64,000 nucleotides of DNA from Promethearchaeota archaeon (GTDB taxonomy: Archaea > Asgardarchaeota > Lokiarchaeia > Sigyniarchaeales > SOKP01), in contig JAHPZI010000030.1 of NCBI GenBank assembly GCA_019058295.1, positions 1 to 64,000 of the forward strand, in the 5' to 3' direction. Position 1 is the first letter of the stretch; each line of letters starts with the position of its first letter. Shown here in pieces: positions 20,647 to 31,578 of the stretch. The translations under genes and the position numbers were made by a program. The notes under the pieces are model-generated. The model had not been told where the DNA came from. It worked only from the letters and a program-made list of their open reading frames with translations, and did no database searches.

Positions 20647-22785
20647 TTGACAACGCAAGCTCCTACTCCTACACGTCCCATCAATAAGGTTCAGAAGTTT
20701 GAGGATTTTTATCGTTTGTTTCAAGATAAACCAGGCGTTTATAAATACCAAGATCAAATAAATGATATTTATTCTCTCTCTGGAAATACTTTAATCATCT
20801 TATACGAGGATTTACTTGCATTTGATTCTCAAATCGCAGAAATGTTAAGAAACAATCCCGAATCTTTATTAGAAGATGCTGTAGAGGCTTTTAAAAATGT
20901 TTTAAAATTCCAATCAAGTGGAAGTTTGAGCCATCAGAATTATTTTGTCAGAATAACAACTAAAGACGAAAAAAGTCCCTTAGCAATCCCTATAAGGGGA
21001 TTAAGGTCAAAAAATATTGATAAATTGGTCTGGTTCAAGGGAATTTTGGTAAGAACTTCCACAGTAAGACCTAAATTAGTAAAAGCTATGTTTCAATGTA
21101 ATTTATGTGGAGCTCAGTTTGAAATTATTCAATTAACTTCTAAAATAAGATGGCCCAGATCTTGTACGAATACTCGTTGTAAAGCTAAAGCTCAATCTGA
21201 TTTTATGCTTATATCAAAAACTTCAGAATTCATTGATTGGCAAAGTATAACAATCCAAGAAGTCCCGGAAGATCTACCACCTGGAAGAATTCCTAGATCT
21301 CTTCAAGCAATATTAACTTATGATTTAGTTGATATCGTTAAACCTGGCGATAGACTTAAAGTTATGGGGATCTTTAAATCAGTCTTAGCTCAATCTATTA
21401 AGAATATTAATTCTACTCTGTTTAAAACTTATATAGATGTAAATTTTGTGGATCCGGAAGATAAAAGTGAGGAATATTTAGATATCTCAAAAGAGGAGAT
21501 TAAAAAAATCGAAAAATTATCAAAAGAACCTATGATTCAGAAAAAAATTGCACGGTCAATAGCCTCTAACATTTATGGAAGAGAAGATCTTAAAATGGCA
21601 TGTGCATTAAGTTTGTTTGGTGGAACAAGGAAAAAAAAAACCAGTGGAGGTTATAAGAGAGGGGATATCCATGTATTATTCATTGGTGATCCTGGAACTG
21701 GGAAATCTGAGATCCTAAAAAGCGCTGTAGAAGTATCACCAAGAGGACTATACACATCAGGGAAAGGTTCTAGTGGAGTTGGATTAACTGCTGCTGTAAT
21801 AAAAGATTCTGAAACAGGTCAAATGAATCTAGAAGCAGGAGCGATTGTTTTGGCCAATGGCGGTATTGCTGCTATTGATGAATTTGATAAAATGGATTCT
21901 GCCGATAGATCAGCACTTCATGAAGGAATGGCTCAACAAACAGTAAGCATAGCTAAAGCTGGAATTGTTGCTACTTTAAAATCAGAGACTGCTATAATTG
22001 CGGCTGCAAATCCAAGACTTGGAAGATTTAATGAATACAAAACTTTTACTGAGAATACTTCCATGCCACCACCTCTACTGAGTCGATTTGATCTAATTTT
22101 TAAAGTTGTGGACCGTCCAGATCCTGCTAAAGATGCTCAAATGGCTGAATTTATATTAAATAATGCTACAATGGTTACAGAAGATGATTTTAAAGAAATA
22201 GATGAAAATGAAAGTATTTTAGCCCCAATAAGTGGAGATCTTTTAAAAAAATATATTAAACACGCCAGAAGAAATTATTTTCCAATAATAACCGAAGAAG
22301 CCAAAGAAAGAATAAAAAATTTTTATTTAGAATTAAGGGGAAAATATGATAGTGAAGATGCTGTTGTGTCAATTTTAGCAAGAAATCTTGATGCTTTGGT
22401 GAGATTAAGTGAAGCTTATGCAAAGATGGCTCTAAGGAATAAAGTACTGAAAGAAGATGTTGATGATATTATCAAACTCTTTAAACGATATTTAAAAGAT
22501 ACTGGTTATGATAAAGAAACGGGAAAAATAGACGTAGATATAATCTTATCTGGTAAACCTAGAAGTAAGATCAATAAACTTACTCGATTGATGGATAGAT
22601 TAAAAGAGATATTCGAGGAAAACAATTGGAAAACTCTAGAAAAGAAAAATGTCATCCAAATTCTTGAATTAGAAGAGAATATAGACAAAGAGTTTATTAA
22701 AAACTTTATTAAAGAAGCTATTAATGAAGGGACGCTATATTGTCCCAAACATGGATTCATTCAGTTTACAAGAAAACCAGATTAA
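20647..22785 (+). CDS. mcm: MCM replicative helicase
   Basis: Zn finger C..C/C....C, GDPGTGKS, IDEFDKM, LLSRFDL; TTG start. Confidence 0.97.
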   Translation: MTTQAPTPTRPINKVQKFEDFYRLFQDKPGVYKYQDQINDIYSLSGNTLIILYEDLLAFDSQIAEMLRNNPESLLEDAVEAFKNVLKFQSSGSLSHQNYFVRITTKDEKSPLAIPIRGLRSKNIDKLVWFKGILVRTSTVRPKLVKAMFQCNLCGAQFEIIQLTSKIRWPRSCTNTRCKAKAQSDFMLISKTSEFIDWQSITIQEVPEDLPPGRIPRSLQAILTYDLVDIVKPGDRLKVMGIFKSVLAQSIKNINSTLFKTYIDVNFVDPEDKSEEYLDISKEEIKKIEKLSKEPMIQKKIARSIASNIYGREDLKMACALSLFGGTRKKKTSGGYKRGDIHVLFIGDPGTGKSEILKSAVEVSPRGLYTSGKGSSGVGLTAAVIKDSETGQMNLEAGAIVLANGGIAAIDEFDKMDSADRSALHEGMAQQTVSIAKAGIVATLKSETAIIAAANPRLGRFNEYKTFTENTSMPPPLLSRFDLIFKVVDRPDPAKDAQMAEFILNNATMVTEDDFKEIDENESILAPISGDLLKKYIKHARRNYFPIITEEAKERIKNFYLELRGKYDSEDAVVSILARNLDALVRLSEAYAKMALRNKVLKEDVDDIIKLFKRYLKDTGYDKETGKIDVDIILSGKPRSKINKLTRLMDRLKEIFEENNWKTLEKKNVIQILELEENIDKEFIKNFIKEAINEGTLYCPKHGFIQFTRKPD

Positions 22786-22904
22786 GACATATATGGAGAG
22801 ATTTACACATCCTAATAAAGGAAAAACTTGATTAATTAAAAAGCTTTTAAAAATTTCTCTTAAAGTTTAAAATAATTTATTATTTTAAATTACAGAATCA
22901 TTTT

Positions 22905-23423
22905 CTAGTCTTTTAATACTTGTTCAGATATTAGTTTAAAAGCTTTTTCAACATTTACACCAGTTTTTGCCGAAGTAATTAAGATATCTTTAGCTTTAAT
23001 TTTTTTTCCTAAAGCTTCTATTTCTTCTTCAGTAATTTCCCTTTTTAAATCACTCTTATTCATAAGGAGAATAATAGGTGAAGATATATTATTTTTTTTT
23101 AGATCTGGATACCAAAACTTCTCAATTTGTTCAAATGTGTTTTTTCTAGTTAAATCTGCTACGATTAATACACCATCAGTTCCCTTATAATATATCGACC
23201 TCATTGCTATCCAACGTTCTTGTCCAGCAATATCCCATATGTGAATTTTTACATCTATTCCAGAGTTCAAATTTATTTTTGTTGTAAATATATTCGTTCC
23301 AATTGAAGCTCGATAATCGTTTACGAATTGCCCCGATACAAACTTTTTAACGAGAGATGTTTTCCCTACAGCTGGCTCTCCTATTATAATTATTTTTAAT
23401 TTAAACTCCATAGAATAAGTCAA
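22905..23423 (-). CDS. Rab/Ras-like small GTPase
   Basis: GEPAVGKTS, WDIAGQE, NKSD, TSAK; no C-terminal CaaX. Confidence 0.93.
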   Translation of the reverse strand: MTYSMEFKLKIIIIGEPAVGKTSLVKKFVSGQFVNDYRASIGTNIFTTKINLNSGIDVKIHIWDIAGQERWIAMRSIYYKGTDGVLIVADLTRKNTFEQIEKFWYPDLKKNNISSPIILLMNKSDLKREITEEEIEALGKKIKAKDILITSAKTGVNVEKAFKLISEQVLKD

Positions 23424-23546
23424 TTTTTTTTTAAAATAATATTACACTTTATCTATTATATTTAATAATAATGTATAAATATAAAAATAGTTAAAACTAA
23501 AAATATAAAAATATTAAAGTAAAATTATCCTAAAATTTGATATATA

Positions 23547-24635
23547 ATGACTACGGGAATTGTTTATGATGATATTTATCTTCAACATCGAATTGGAACT
23601 CATGTAGAGAGCCATGAAAGACTTATTGGTATTATGGATTTTTTAAAAGAAAAAAAGCTTTTAGATAATCCTGATTTTAAGGTAATTACACCGAGAAAAG
23701 CCACTTTAGATCAAATTCGATATGTTCACGAAGATAGTTTAATTAAAGAAGTAAAAGAAGTAAGTGAATTAGCAGAAAAGACTGGTCATATTCAAAGTCT
23801 TGATTTAGATACTTCCGTTTCCGCAAAAACCTATGAAGCTTCGTTATATTCTGTTGGAGGAAATTTGCAAGCTGCTGATGAGATTTTAAACGGCAATCTC
23901 ACTAATGCTTTCGCAGCAGTACGACCACCCGGTCATCATTCTAATTCTTATAAATGTGCCGGATTTTGTATCTTCAATAATATAGCAATCACGGCTGAAT
24001 ATCTTTTTAAGGAAAAGGGAATAAAGCGTATAGCAATAGTGGATTTCGACTGCCACGCTGGAAACGGCACCTCGGATATTTTTTATTCTGGCTCAAAATC
24101 TGATGGTGAGTTAGTCTTTTTTGACTCTCATCAAGATGGTAGAACGCTTTATCCTGGGACGGGATTTATTGGCGAAATTGGTTCAAGAAAAGGAGAAGGA
24201 AAAATAATCAATTATCCTATGCCTCCAAGAGCGGCTGACGATGTTATAATGATATTTTTTGATGAAATAATATCTCCTATGCTTCATGAGTTTAAACCTG
24301 AATTTATTCTAATCTCCGCAGGTTTTGATACCCATTGGACGGATCAACTCACTGGAATGGGCTGGACATACCAAGCACCGGCAAATTATCTAAAAAAAAT
24401 CAAAACTATTGCTGAAGAATTTGCCCAAGGTAGAATTTTGATAACTTTAGAAGGTGGATATGAAATTGATAAACAAGCACGCGCAGTGCATAATTGTTTA
24501 AAGGTTCTTAATAATGATGATGACTTAATCGAAGAGAACCCCAGAGAATCAGGAAAAGACGTATTAAACTATATTAATGATAAATTGATTCCAGCATTAA
24601 AAGATAAACTTAGACCCTATTGGAATTGTTTTTAA
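23547..24635 (+). CDS. Zn-dependent histone deacetylase family protein
   Basis: RPPGHH, GFCIFNN, DFDCHAGNGT, SAGFD, LEGGY. Confidence 0.93.
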   Translation: MTTGIVYDDIYLQHRIGTHVESHERLIGIMDFLKEKKLLDNPDFKVITPRKATLDQIRYVHEDSLIKEVKEVSELAEKTGHIQSLDLDTSVSAKTYEASLYSVGGNLQAADEILNGNLTNAFAAVRPPGHHSNSYKCAGFCIFNNIAITAEYLFKEKGIKRIAIVDFDCHAGNGTSDIFYSGSKSDGELVFFDSHQDGRTLYPGTGFIGEIGSRKGEGKIINYPMPPRAADDVIMIFFDEIISPMLHEFKPEFILISAGFDTHWTDQLTGMGWTYQAPANYLKKIKTIAEEFAQGRILITLEGGYEIDKQARAVHNCLKVLNNDDDLIEENPRESGKDVLNYINDKLIPALKDKLRPYWNCF

Positions 24636-24753
24636 ACAGAATGTGATCAAAACACTTTAATAATTTATTTTATGCTATAATTTTATAAACCCAACTAAAC
24701 TTATTTATAATAAATATTTGTTTTAAAATTATAATAATAATTTGGAAAATAAA

Positions 24754-25599
24754 ATGTCAGAAAATAATGAAGATGAAAGAGAAAAAAAGGTAGGAACGCC
24801 TCCATCTATGCCTCCTCCGTCAATGCCGCCACCAACTACAGCTCCCCCGTCAATGGCACCACCAACTACAGCTCCTCCATCAATGGCACCTCAACCTGCA
24901 CCAACAATGGCACCTACGCCTGCACCAACAATGGCACCTACGCCTGCACCTGCAGTTCCTAGTGGTCCATCTCAACAAGAATATGATGCTTTATTGAGAC
25001 AAGTTAAAGAAAAAGACAATCAGATTAATCAATTAAATACTCAATTGTCTCAATTAAATACTCAATTGTCTTCTCTTCAAGCGTCAGCCCAAAATTACGA
25101 AAAACAAATTAAAGACCTAAATGACCAAACATCTAATTTAAATAACATACTTATCGAAAGAGATAAAGAAATAGATCAGTTGAGCAACGAAAGGACTCAA
25201 TTAGAAAATCGGGTTCAAGAATCAACACAAGAGGTTCTTACTTTGCAGCAACAGCTCACTCCACTACAACAACAAGTTGGTAAACTACAAGAAGAGGTTG
25301 GTTACCAAAAAAAACGCATTGAAGAGCTAAAAGAACCTAAAGCAGTAATGCCCTCAACTTTAGCACGACAATCAATGGGTTCCCAATCAATGGGTTCCCA
25401 ATCTCCAGTAAGCTCAAATGTAAGTACGCCTTCAGCACCTGTTTCGGATGTGAGCGGAGGCAGAAGGGTATGTCCTAATTGCAACGCTTCTGGATTTGCA
25501 ATTAAGGAGGTTGAAGACAAATCAAAAGTTATTTCTTACATTCCGAAACCTATATATGCTAAAAAGATGATCTGCACAAAATGTGGTTATGAGTTTTAA
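24754..25599 (+). CDS. Proline-rich / coiled-coil / C-terminal Zn-ribbon protein
   Basis: ATG at 24754 (TTG at 24742 is an alternative); PPSMAPPTT repeats, heptad region, CPNC...CTKC. Confidence 0.75.
   Translation: MSENNEDEREKKVGTPPSMPPPSMPPPTTAPPSMAPPTTAPPSMAPQPAPTMAPTPAPTMAPTPAPAVPSGPSQQEYDALLRQVKEKDNQINQLNTQLSQLNTQLSSLQASAQNYEKQIKDLNDQTSNLNNILIERDKEIDQLSNERTQLENRVQESTQEVLTLQQQLTPLQQQVGKLQEEVGYQKKRIEELKEPKAVMPSTLARQSMGSQSMGSQSPVSSNVSTPSAPVSDVSGGRRVCPNCNASGFAIKEVEDKSKVISYIPKPIYAKKMICTKCGYEF
24796..24955 (+). repeat. Degenerate coding tandem repeats (PPSMAPPTTA / PAPTMAPT)
   Basis: 30-nt and 24-nt units visible in DNA. Confidence 0.8.
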
Positions 25600-25891
25600 A
25601 CTGTTTGATGCCTTAATAAAAACTAATTAATCATTTCTCTTTAACTTTTATTCTTGATAAAATCACCGGATTACTTCTTCTAAATACAATTTTGAAATTT
25701 AAATATAAAAAATTGAATTCTAAATAAGAATTAACAGTTATGTTATGCTCATTAATTTTTAAATTGATTATAAAGAGCATTGAATAGATTTTACATATTC
25801 TAAAAATATAGGAGTTAATTATAAATATTACAATTTTTTCTAATATTTAAAAGAATTCTGTGGAAAATAATTTTTTAAATAAAATCTTTTT

Positions 25892-28800
25892 ATGTCTGAA
25901 TTAAAAAAAGAATTGTTAGGACCGGCAATTACAAAAAAAAGGATTATCGGGGTTATTATTCTTGCTGGTGTATTAATTTTTGCATTTGTATATTCTGTAT
26001 ATGCTTTTAGTTTAATTTTTGGTACTCAACGTATTGAGCCAAGTGATGAATTAGACAAAGCAGAATACGAGGATGCCGAACTTTTGGAACGCTACTTTCC
26101 AATTGATTTAGATGATTTATTGGATTGGCTTATAGATAATTACGATGAAGAATTCGATCCAAGTGATTTCGATCTTGATGATTTAGAAGATTTAGGTATA
26201 GATATAGATGACATAGATCTAGATGATTTAGCCGAACTAGCTGATTTAATAGATTCGGAAGATGTAATTGAATTCTTAGAGGAAATGCTCGATGGAAATA
26301 TAGATGATTTTGATTTAACAATGGCAGGTTTAATAATCGCGGCATTATTATTCTCAGATGAAGAGGCTTTTAGAGTTTATGATTATCCCAGACCTATTGA
26401 TGCTGAAAGAGAAGATATTTTATGGAAATATGAATGCTTTGATCAATTTAATGGGGATGGATGGATATCCACCGTACCTATGGAACAAACTGTTTATCCA
26501 GATAATGCTGATCCTGGTTCAGATGTAAATACAATACAAAGATCCTTGTCAGTTATAGACGGTTCAAATTCGATGGTTTTTGGTTCACGTTTTAATGAAT
26601 TGGTAAATCCCTCTATTATCGAAGATAGTATTGTGGCTAGTAATTTAGACCAAACCATGTATTATTATGATGAATTAGGGTGTTCCTCTCTCGATCTTTA
26701 TTTTGATTTAGAGGAAGATATCACAACATATAATTTAAATATGACATATAATGTATTTGGAATAGATTTACGTACGAATGAAGAGATTAATCAGACTGCG
26801 CGGGGTACAGATCAAAATCCCTCTGATCCCGATTTTCAAAAATTTTTACAATTACCAGGAGGCGTAAGCAGTTATATTAATGGTAACCCTTTTTTTTTGG
26901 AGGATTGGAATAATTTAGATGCAATTATAAACAGTAATGATAATGTTTTCATGGTAGCGAATAAAATTAGAAATTATCTACAGTCCAATTTTGATTTGAC
27001 TTTTGATGCATTAGTTAATGATGAACCTGAAGATGGAGAAGATATTGTTTATTGGTTTTGTGAACATGATGAAGGATTATATTCTGAATTTGCGTCTGCT
27101 TTTTGTGCTTTCACTAGATCCTTTGGTGTAGCAAGCAGATTTGTTGATGGATTTAATAGCAGATTGATAGAAGAATTCAATGATACAAATGACAACCCAT
27201 ATTATCCAATAAAATATAATAATATCTATAATTGGGCAGAGATTTTCGTTCCGTGGGGTATTGGAACCGGTAGATGGGTTCAAATGGATATTCTTTATGA
27301 TACTTTTGGTATGGGGGGTGCTCCTGTCGGTCCAGAGAGATATAATATTACCGTTCTTGCGAACTCTTCAAAATATAATATATTCAATAGAAATGATTAT
27401 ATTAATATTACTGCTAAATTAAATTCAACTCATTATAATGTCAATGGATTAACTGTCACTTTTGAAGACTTGAAAACAGATCAAGTCTTAGGTACTGCTG
27501 TTACAGATTCAAATGGACTCGCTTGGCTTTTAGTAAAACTTGATGATACACATATCGTAGGGCCTAATACGATTGAGGGATCTGTCCTTGGACATATTGA
27601 TGAGACAGATTACCTACTTAATGATGAAATTAGAGTGATTCTAGAAAATATCTCTCCAGCAGAAGTTAATGTTTCTGAAACACCTCATACAACGTTTATA
27701 GAAGGATATGTTGAAGATCCTATAAATTCTCAAAGAATTGAAAATGCAAATGTAACATTTTTATTATTATATAAAGGGACTAATGATCCCGTAAATGTGC
27801 CTAAACCATTCAATCCAATGTTTTCAATTACTGATAATAATGGTAGATTTGATGTTACATTAGATGTTGCAGATTATAATCCTTATGGAGAATACGATAT
27901 TAGGGTCGATTTCAATGGTTCTTGGGCGTTTAGTGGTGCATCTCCATTTATAAATGATTCGAGTGATGTTATGGATTTCAATATAACAAGGGAGTTAACG
28001 TATGATATTAATTTTTTTATAAATGGTACTCCAACAGAATATCCATTTGGTCCAACTCTCAATAATCTAATAGTTGCAGAAAGATATAATGATATTAATC
28101 TTACAGCAATCGTTCTAGATGCTGTAACAAAAAATAGGGTCTCCGGAATATCAGTAGAGTTTTATGATTATCTGGATGGTTTTATTGGTTCTGTTGTTTC
28201 GGGTGTGAATGGAAAAGCAACTCTAATATTTAATAATGGGGCAGTTCATAATGCTGGTCCCACTTTAGTTTATGCTAAAATTGGAAGTGTCACAAATTAT
28301 TCATATTATATAATAAATGAGTCAATTTCAATAAAAATTAACTCATATTTACCAATTCCATTTCAATTAGATATTGCAGCAGCTGTACCACAGACGTATA
28401 ATATTACATGTGAATTACTTGATGATAAAAACAATTTCATTGGTTATTCTCAAATTGAAATAAAAATGAATAGAAGCTCTATTGATTATTCGAGTTTCAT
28501 AACTCCATCTACGATTGTTAATCCAGATTCAGTTGGATCAAATAATTTTGATTTTGAAAGAGGTGTTAGAAACGATACATCTCCCAATAATTATTCCTTA
28601 AAACTTGAGTTCAATGGATTTTTTGATTTATTAAGTTTCCCTTATTCTGCGATATTTAATTTAAATTATTTGAGTAATTTCACTTATCTTCCTAATCAAC
28701 TTCAAGTTATTGATGGGAACCAAATTGAAATATTTCTTAGTGTAGAGGATATTCCAACAAGAAATGTTTATGATCAATCTAATCAACCTCAAAATTATAC

Positions 28801-29809
28801 ACATGGAAGTGGCAATAAAGCTCACTTTCAGGTACGAGTTGTACGCGCCGGGGGTGCCATTTCTGTGAATGGGAATACGACTAGGATCTATGATGATTAT
28901 TCGAATACATTATTAGAGAGTTATACATATGATGGTTCTGAAACTCCTGCTGGATTTGTACAATTTAATATTTCAATAGACAAATTTAATCATTCTGGAA
29001 TACATCGAATTAGAGTTGAATTTCATACTTTTACAAATGCTAATTTTACATTAATAGTAATTAATGAAACTGTTGATATTAGCCCAAATTTCATTATTAA
29101 TGGAGATAATGAAATCACTAGAGAAATTGAGAGTTTTAGTGTTTCAGGAGTTATTAAAGATAATGGGACGCTTTTAAGAGGTTTAGTACTAAGGATTTTG
29201 TTATTGGATCAAAATTTTCAAAATGTGACAACATATTTAATTGGAAATCAATATGCAATTACAGGTAGCGACGGATATTTTCAATTTGATATAAATAGAA
29301 TAAATGAATCTCTTATTCAAGGACTATATTACATTAGAATTGATTTCAATGGTACTATTTACCTCGTTGGTGAGGTTCCAAGAATCGATCCAATTCAGAA
29401 CTATATGGTAACTAATAGCAGTTATTTGATTCCTATAAATGTCACAGCTGATACCTATATTATAGAAGGCGGTTTTCATACTTCTGAATATGAAGATGAA
29501 TATCCAAGTTATTGGGTTAATGCGACCACTTTATATGTTTATGGAACTTTAAATTGGGATAACACGTCTGGAATTGTCGATGCCTTTATAAATATTTCAA
29601 TAATTAAAATAAGTGATAATAGTGTAATTGCATATAATGATACTGTCTTAACTATTATTAATGGTGATTTTAATGGTTCGATAGTAATTAATGAAAATTG
29701 GCCAAATTATCGTAGTGAGACTAAAATTATTGTCACTTTTAAACCAATTAATACATTTAATTATCCTGATTATTTCTTTATAGAAGAAACTTCAATTGAA
29801 TTTACGTAA
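25892..29809 (+). CDS. Membrane-anchored transglutaminase-like protein with beta-rich (Ig-like) extracellular repeats; catalytic residues degenerate
   Basis: N-terminal TM; GLYSEFASAF..RSFGVASRFVDGF..IYNWAEIF..WVQMD; many N-x-S/T sequons. Confidence 0.75.
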   Translation: MSELKKELLGPAITKKRIIGVIILAGVLIFAFVYSVYAFSLIFGTQRIEPSDELDKAEYEDAELLERYFPIDLDDLLDWLIDNYDEEFDPSDFDLDDLEDLGIDIDDIDLDDLAELADLIDSEDVIEFLEEMLDGNIDDFDLTMAGLIIAALLFSDEEAFRVYDYPRPIDAEREDILWKYECFDQFNGDGWISTVPMEQTVYPDNADPGSDVNTIQRSLSVIDGSNSMVFGSRFNELVNPSIIEDSIVASNLDQTMYYYDELGCSSLDLYFDLEEDITTYNLNMTYNVFGIDLRTNEEINQTARGTDQNPSDPDFQKFLQLPGGVSSYINGNPFFLEDWNNLDAIINSNDNVFMVANKIRNYLQSNFDLTFDALVNDEPEDGEDIVYWFCEHDEGLYSEFASAFCAFTRSFGVASRFVDGFNSRLIEEFNDTNDNPYYPIKYNNIYNWAEIFVPWGIGTGRWVQMDILYDTFGMGGAPVGPERYNITVLANSSKYNIFNRNDYINITAKLNSTHYNVNGLTVTFEDLKTDQVLGTAVTDSNGLAWLLVKLDDTHIVGPNTIEGSVLGHIDETDYLLNDEIRVILENISPAEVNVSETPHTTFIEGYVEDPINSQRIENANVTFLLLYKGTNDPVNVPKPFNPMFSITDNNGRFDVTLDVADYNPYGEYDIRVDFNGSWAFSGASPFINDSSDVMDFNITRELTYDINFFINGTPTEYPFGPTLNNLIVAERYNDINLTAIVLDAVTKNRVSGISVEFYDYLDGFIGSVVSGVNGKATLIFNNGAVHNAGPTLVYAKIGSVTNYSYYIINESISIKINSYLPIPFQLDIAAAVPQTYNITCELLDDKNNFIGYSQIEIKMNRSSIDYSSFITPSTIVNPDSVGSNNFDFERGVRNDTSPNNYSLKLEFNGFFDLLSFPYSAIFNLNYLSNFTYLPNQLQVIDGNQIEIFLSVEDIPTRNVYDQSNQPQNYTHGSGNKAHFQVRVVRAGGAISVNGNTTRIYDDYSNTLLESYTYDGSETPAGFVQFNISIDKFNHSGIHRIRVEFHTFTNANFTLIVINETVDISPNFIINGDNEITREIESFSVSGVIKDNGTLLRGLVLRILLLDQNFQNVTTYLIGNQYAITGSDGYFQFDINRINESLIQGLYYIRIDFNGTIYLVGEVPRIDPIQNYMVTNSSYLIPINVTADTYIIEGGFHTSEYEDEYPSYWVNATTLYVYGTLNWDNTSGIVDAFINISIIKISDNSVIAYNDTVLTIINGDFNGSIVINENWPNYRSETKIIVTFKPINTFNYPDYFFIEETSIEFT

Positions 29810-29840
29810 AATTTACTTAAAAAGCAAAAGGTGAAATTTA

Positions 29841-31478
29841 ATAAACTGTATCAAATCTAAATTAACTCTTATAAAAAAATTTTGGTTTTCTTTTATCTTC
29901 ATCCTTCTAATTCTAATATTTAATTCTATTTTTATAATCAATATTACTAATCATAAAGACTCAAAAGAAAACACAAGTAATTACAATCAAAAGAAAAGAG
30001 AAAATGAGATACTAAAAATATCCGCTGTAGTTGGGGAAATAAATTTAACTAATTACCAAATTAACAATACTTGGTATCTTCATAATGAAACCATTCAAAT
30101 AGAGGGTCGTATCTATACTATACCTCCTCCTAGTGTGGGAGTTCCTGATCTAAATGTTGCCATATTAATGGATGGAAACCTATATCCCGAATTTAATGGT
30201 ACTACAAATTTTAATGGCGAATTTATAATCAAATTTACAATTCCTTTTGAGACTAATATCTATTTAGAACATAAAATAGAAGTTGAAATAACAAACGATA
30301 CAGGGATTGATTTATATCTTAAAAAAAATCATTACACCTTAAATTTCAGTTCGACTTCATATTTCGATATTGATAATCATAATTTAAACAATCCTCAACT
30401 CGCCAGAGGGTACTACTATATTCCAGGCTTTTTAAATTATGATAACCATAGTGGTATTCCCAATCAAATAATAAAGAGCACTTGGAAAAATGAAACAAAA
30501 AAGGATTTAGATCCTCCGAATTCTCCTTTTAATACGAATTCTGATGGGTCATTCAAATATATAAAAATCCCAGATGATAATGTTTCTAACATATTATTTT
30601 TAAATTTAACCTATAATGGAAATAGTCCTTATATTAATGGATCTCAAGAACTTTTATCAGTAAGAATTTATAGGAATATCACTTGTGTATGGAATACAGT
30701 AGGTTCCGCAGACGAAGGAGATACAATAACAATAAGAGGCCAATTATTGGCAAGAAATAACTCAAATCTAGTAATTAATTTTACAGACGTGAGAATAACA
30801 AGAAACTATGCTACAATTGCCAACATAACCACAGATTCAAATGGAACTTTTACCTACATTTATAGATTTCCAACAGGATCAGAAGGAAATAATATTTTTG
30901 GAGTAGAACTAGCTAATTTTTCAAATATATTTTCAAATACTACACATATCATTAGTATAGCTTCAGCACCAATTATTCCAGCTGAAGATATAGGAGAAGA
31001 TGGTGAAGATACACCTCCACCATTCCAAAATTTTTTCATAGTATTTATTCCTATCATTATTGGAATTGCTGCTGTATTAATTGTATTTATATATATTCAT
31101 TTAAGAAAACAGAAAGCAGAATCACTTGTAGTAAAATTACCTCTCGAAGATAGAATTAGAAACCTCAAAATTCTTAAAGATACAGGAAGATTGGAAGAGG
31201 CCTTATCTTATTTATTTCAATCAATTTATCTGGAATTAATAAATGCTAAATATGGTAGAAGAATGAAGGAGAGTGAAACAATTAGAGATTTTGCCATTAT
31301 TTCGGTCAGGGACTTGAAACTCAATCCAGCATCAATCTATCCATTTATTCAAAATATTGAAAAAATCATTTACGACAAACCGTTTTTAATCGAAGAAAAG
31401 GACTTTTATGCATTGGTTGAGCTATTTTCACCAATATATCATCAACTTACGGGATATTATTTTGTAACCAATTTTTAA
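29841..31478 (+). CDS. Secreted Ig-like protein with C-terminal TM and DUF4129-like cytoplasmic domain; true start uncertain (frame open from 29835)
   Basis: Frame of ORF 30135 is open upstream through signal-like KKFWFSFIFILLILIF; C-terminal ETIRDFA...IEKIIY. Confidence 0.65.
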   Translation: MNCIKSKLTLIKKFWFSFIFILLILIFNSIFIINITNHKDSKENTSNYNQKKRENEILKISAVVGEINLTNYQINNTWYLHNETIQIEGRIYTIPPPSVGVPDLNVAILMDGNLYPEFNGTTNFNGEFIIKFTIPFETNIYLEHKIEVEITNDTGIDLYLKKNHYTLNFSSTSYFDIDNHNLNNPQLARGYYYIPGFLNYDNHSGIPNQIIKSTWKNETKKDLDPPNSPFNTNSDGSFKYIKIPDDNVSNILFLNLTYNGNSPYINGSQELLSVRIYRNITCVWNTVGSADEGDTITIRGQLLARNNSNLVINFTDVRITRNYATIANITTDSNGTFTYIYRFPTGSEGNNIFGVELANFSNIFSNTTHIISIASAPIIPAEDIGEDGEDTPPPFQNFFIVFIPIIIGIAAVLIVFIYIHLRKQKAESLVVKLPLEDRIRNLKILKDTGRLEEALSYLFQSIYLELINAKYGRRMKESETIRDFAIISVRDLKLNPASIYPFIQNIEKIIYDKPFLIEEKDFYALVELFSPIYHQLTGYYFVTNF

Positions 31479-31578
31479 ATTAAGATTTTAAAAAAATAGA
31501 AAAAAGTAAAAAAAATTATAAATTCAAAATAAATTATTAAATAAACCGTTTGAAGAAATAAAGAAATAGTGAATAAAT

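Noticed and set aside
10508-22785. Inteins in Top6B or MCM
   Set aside because: No C/S...HN-C/S/T splice termini or LAGLIDADG blocks seen; MCM is normal length.
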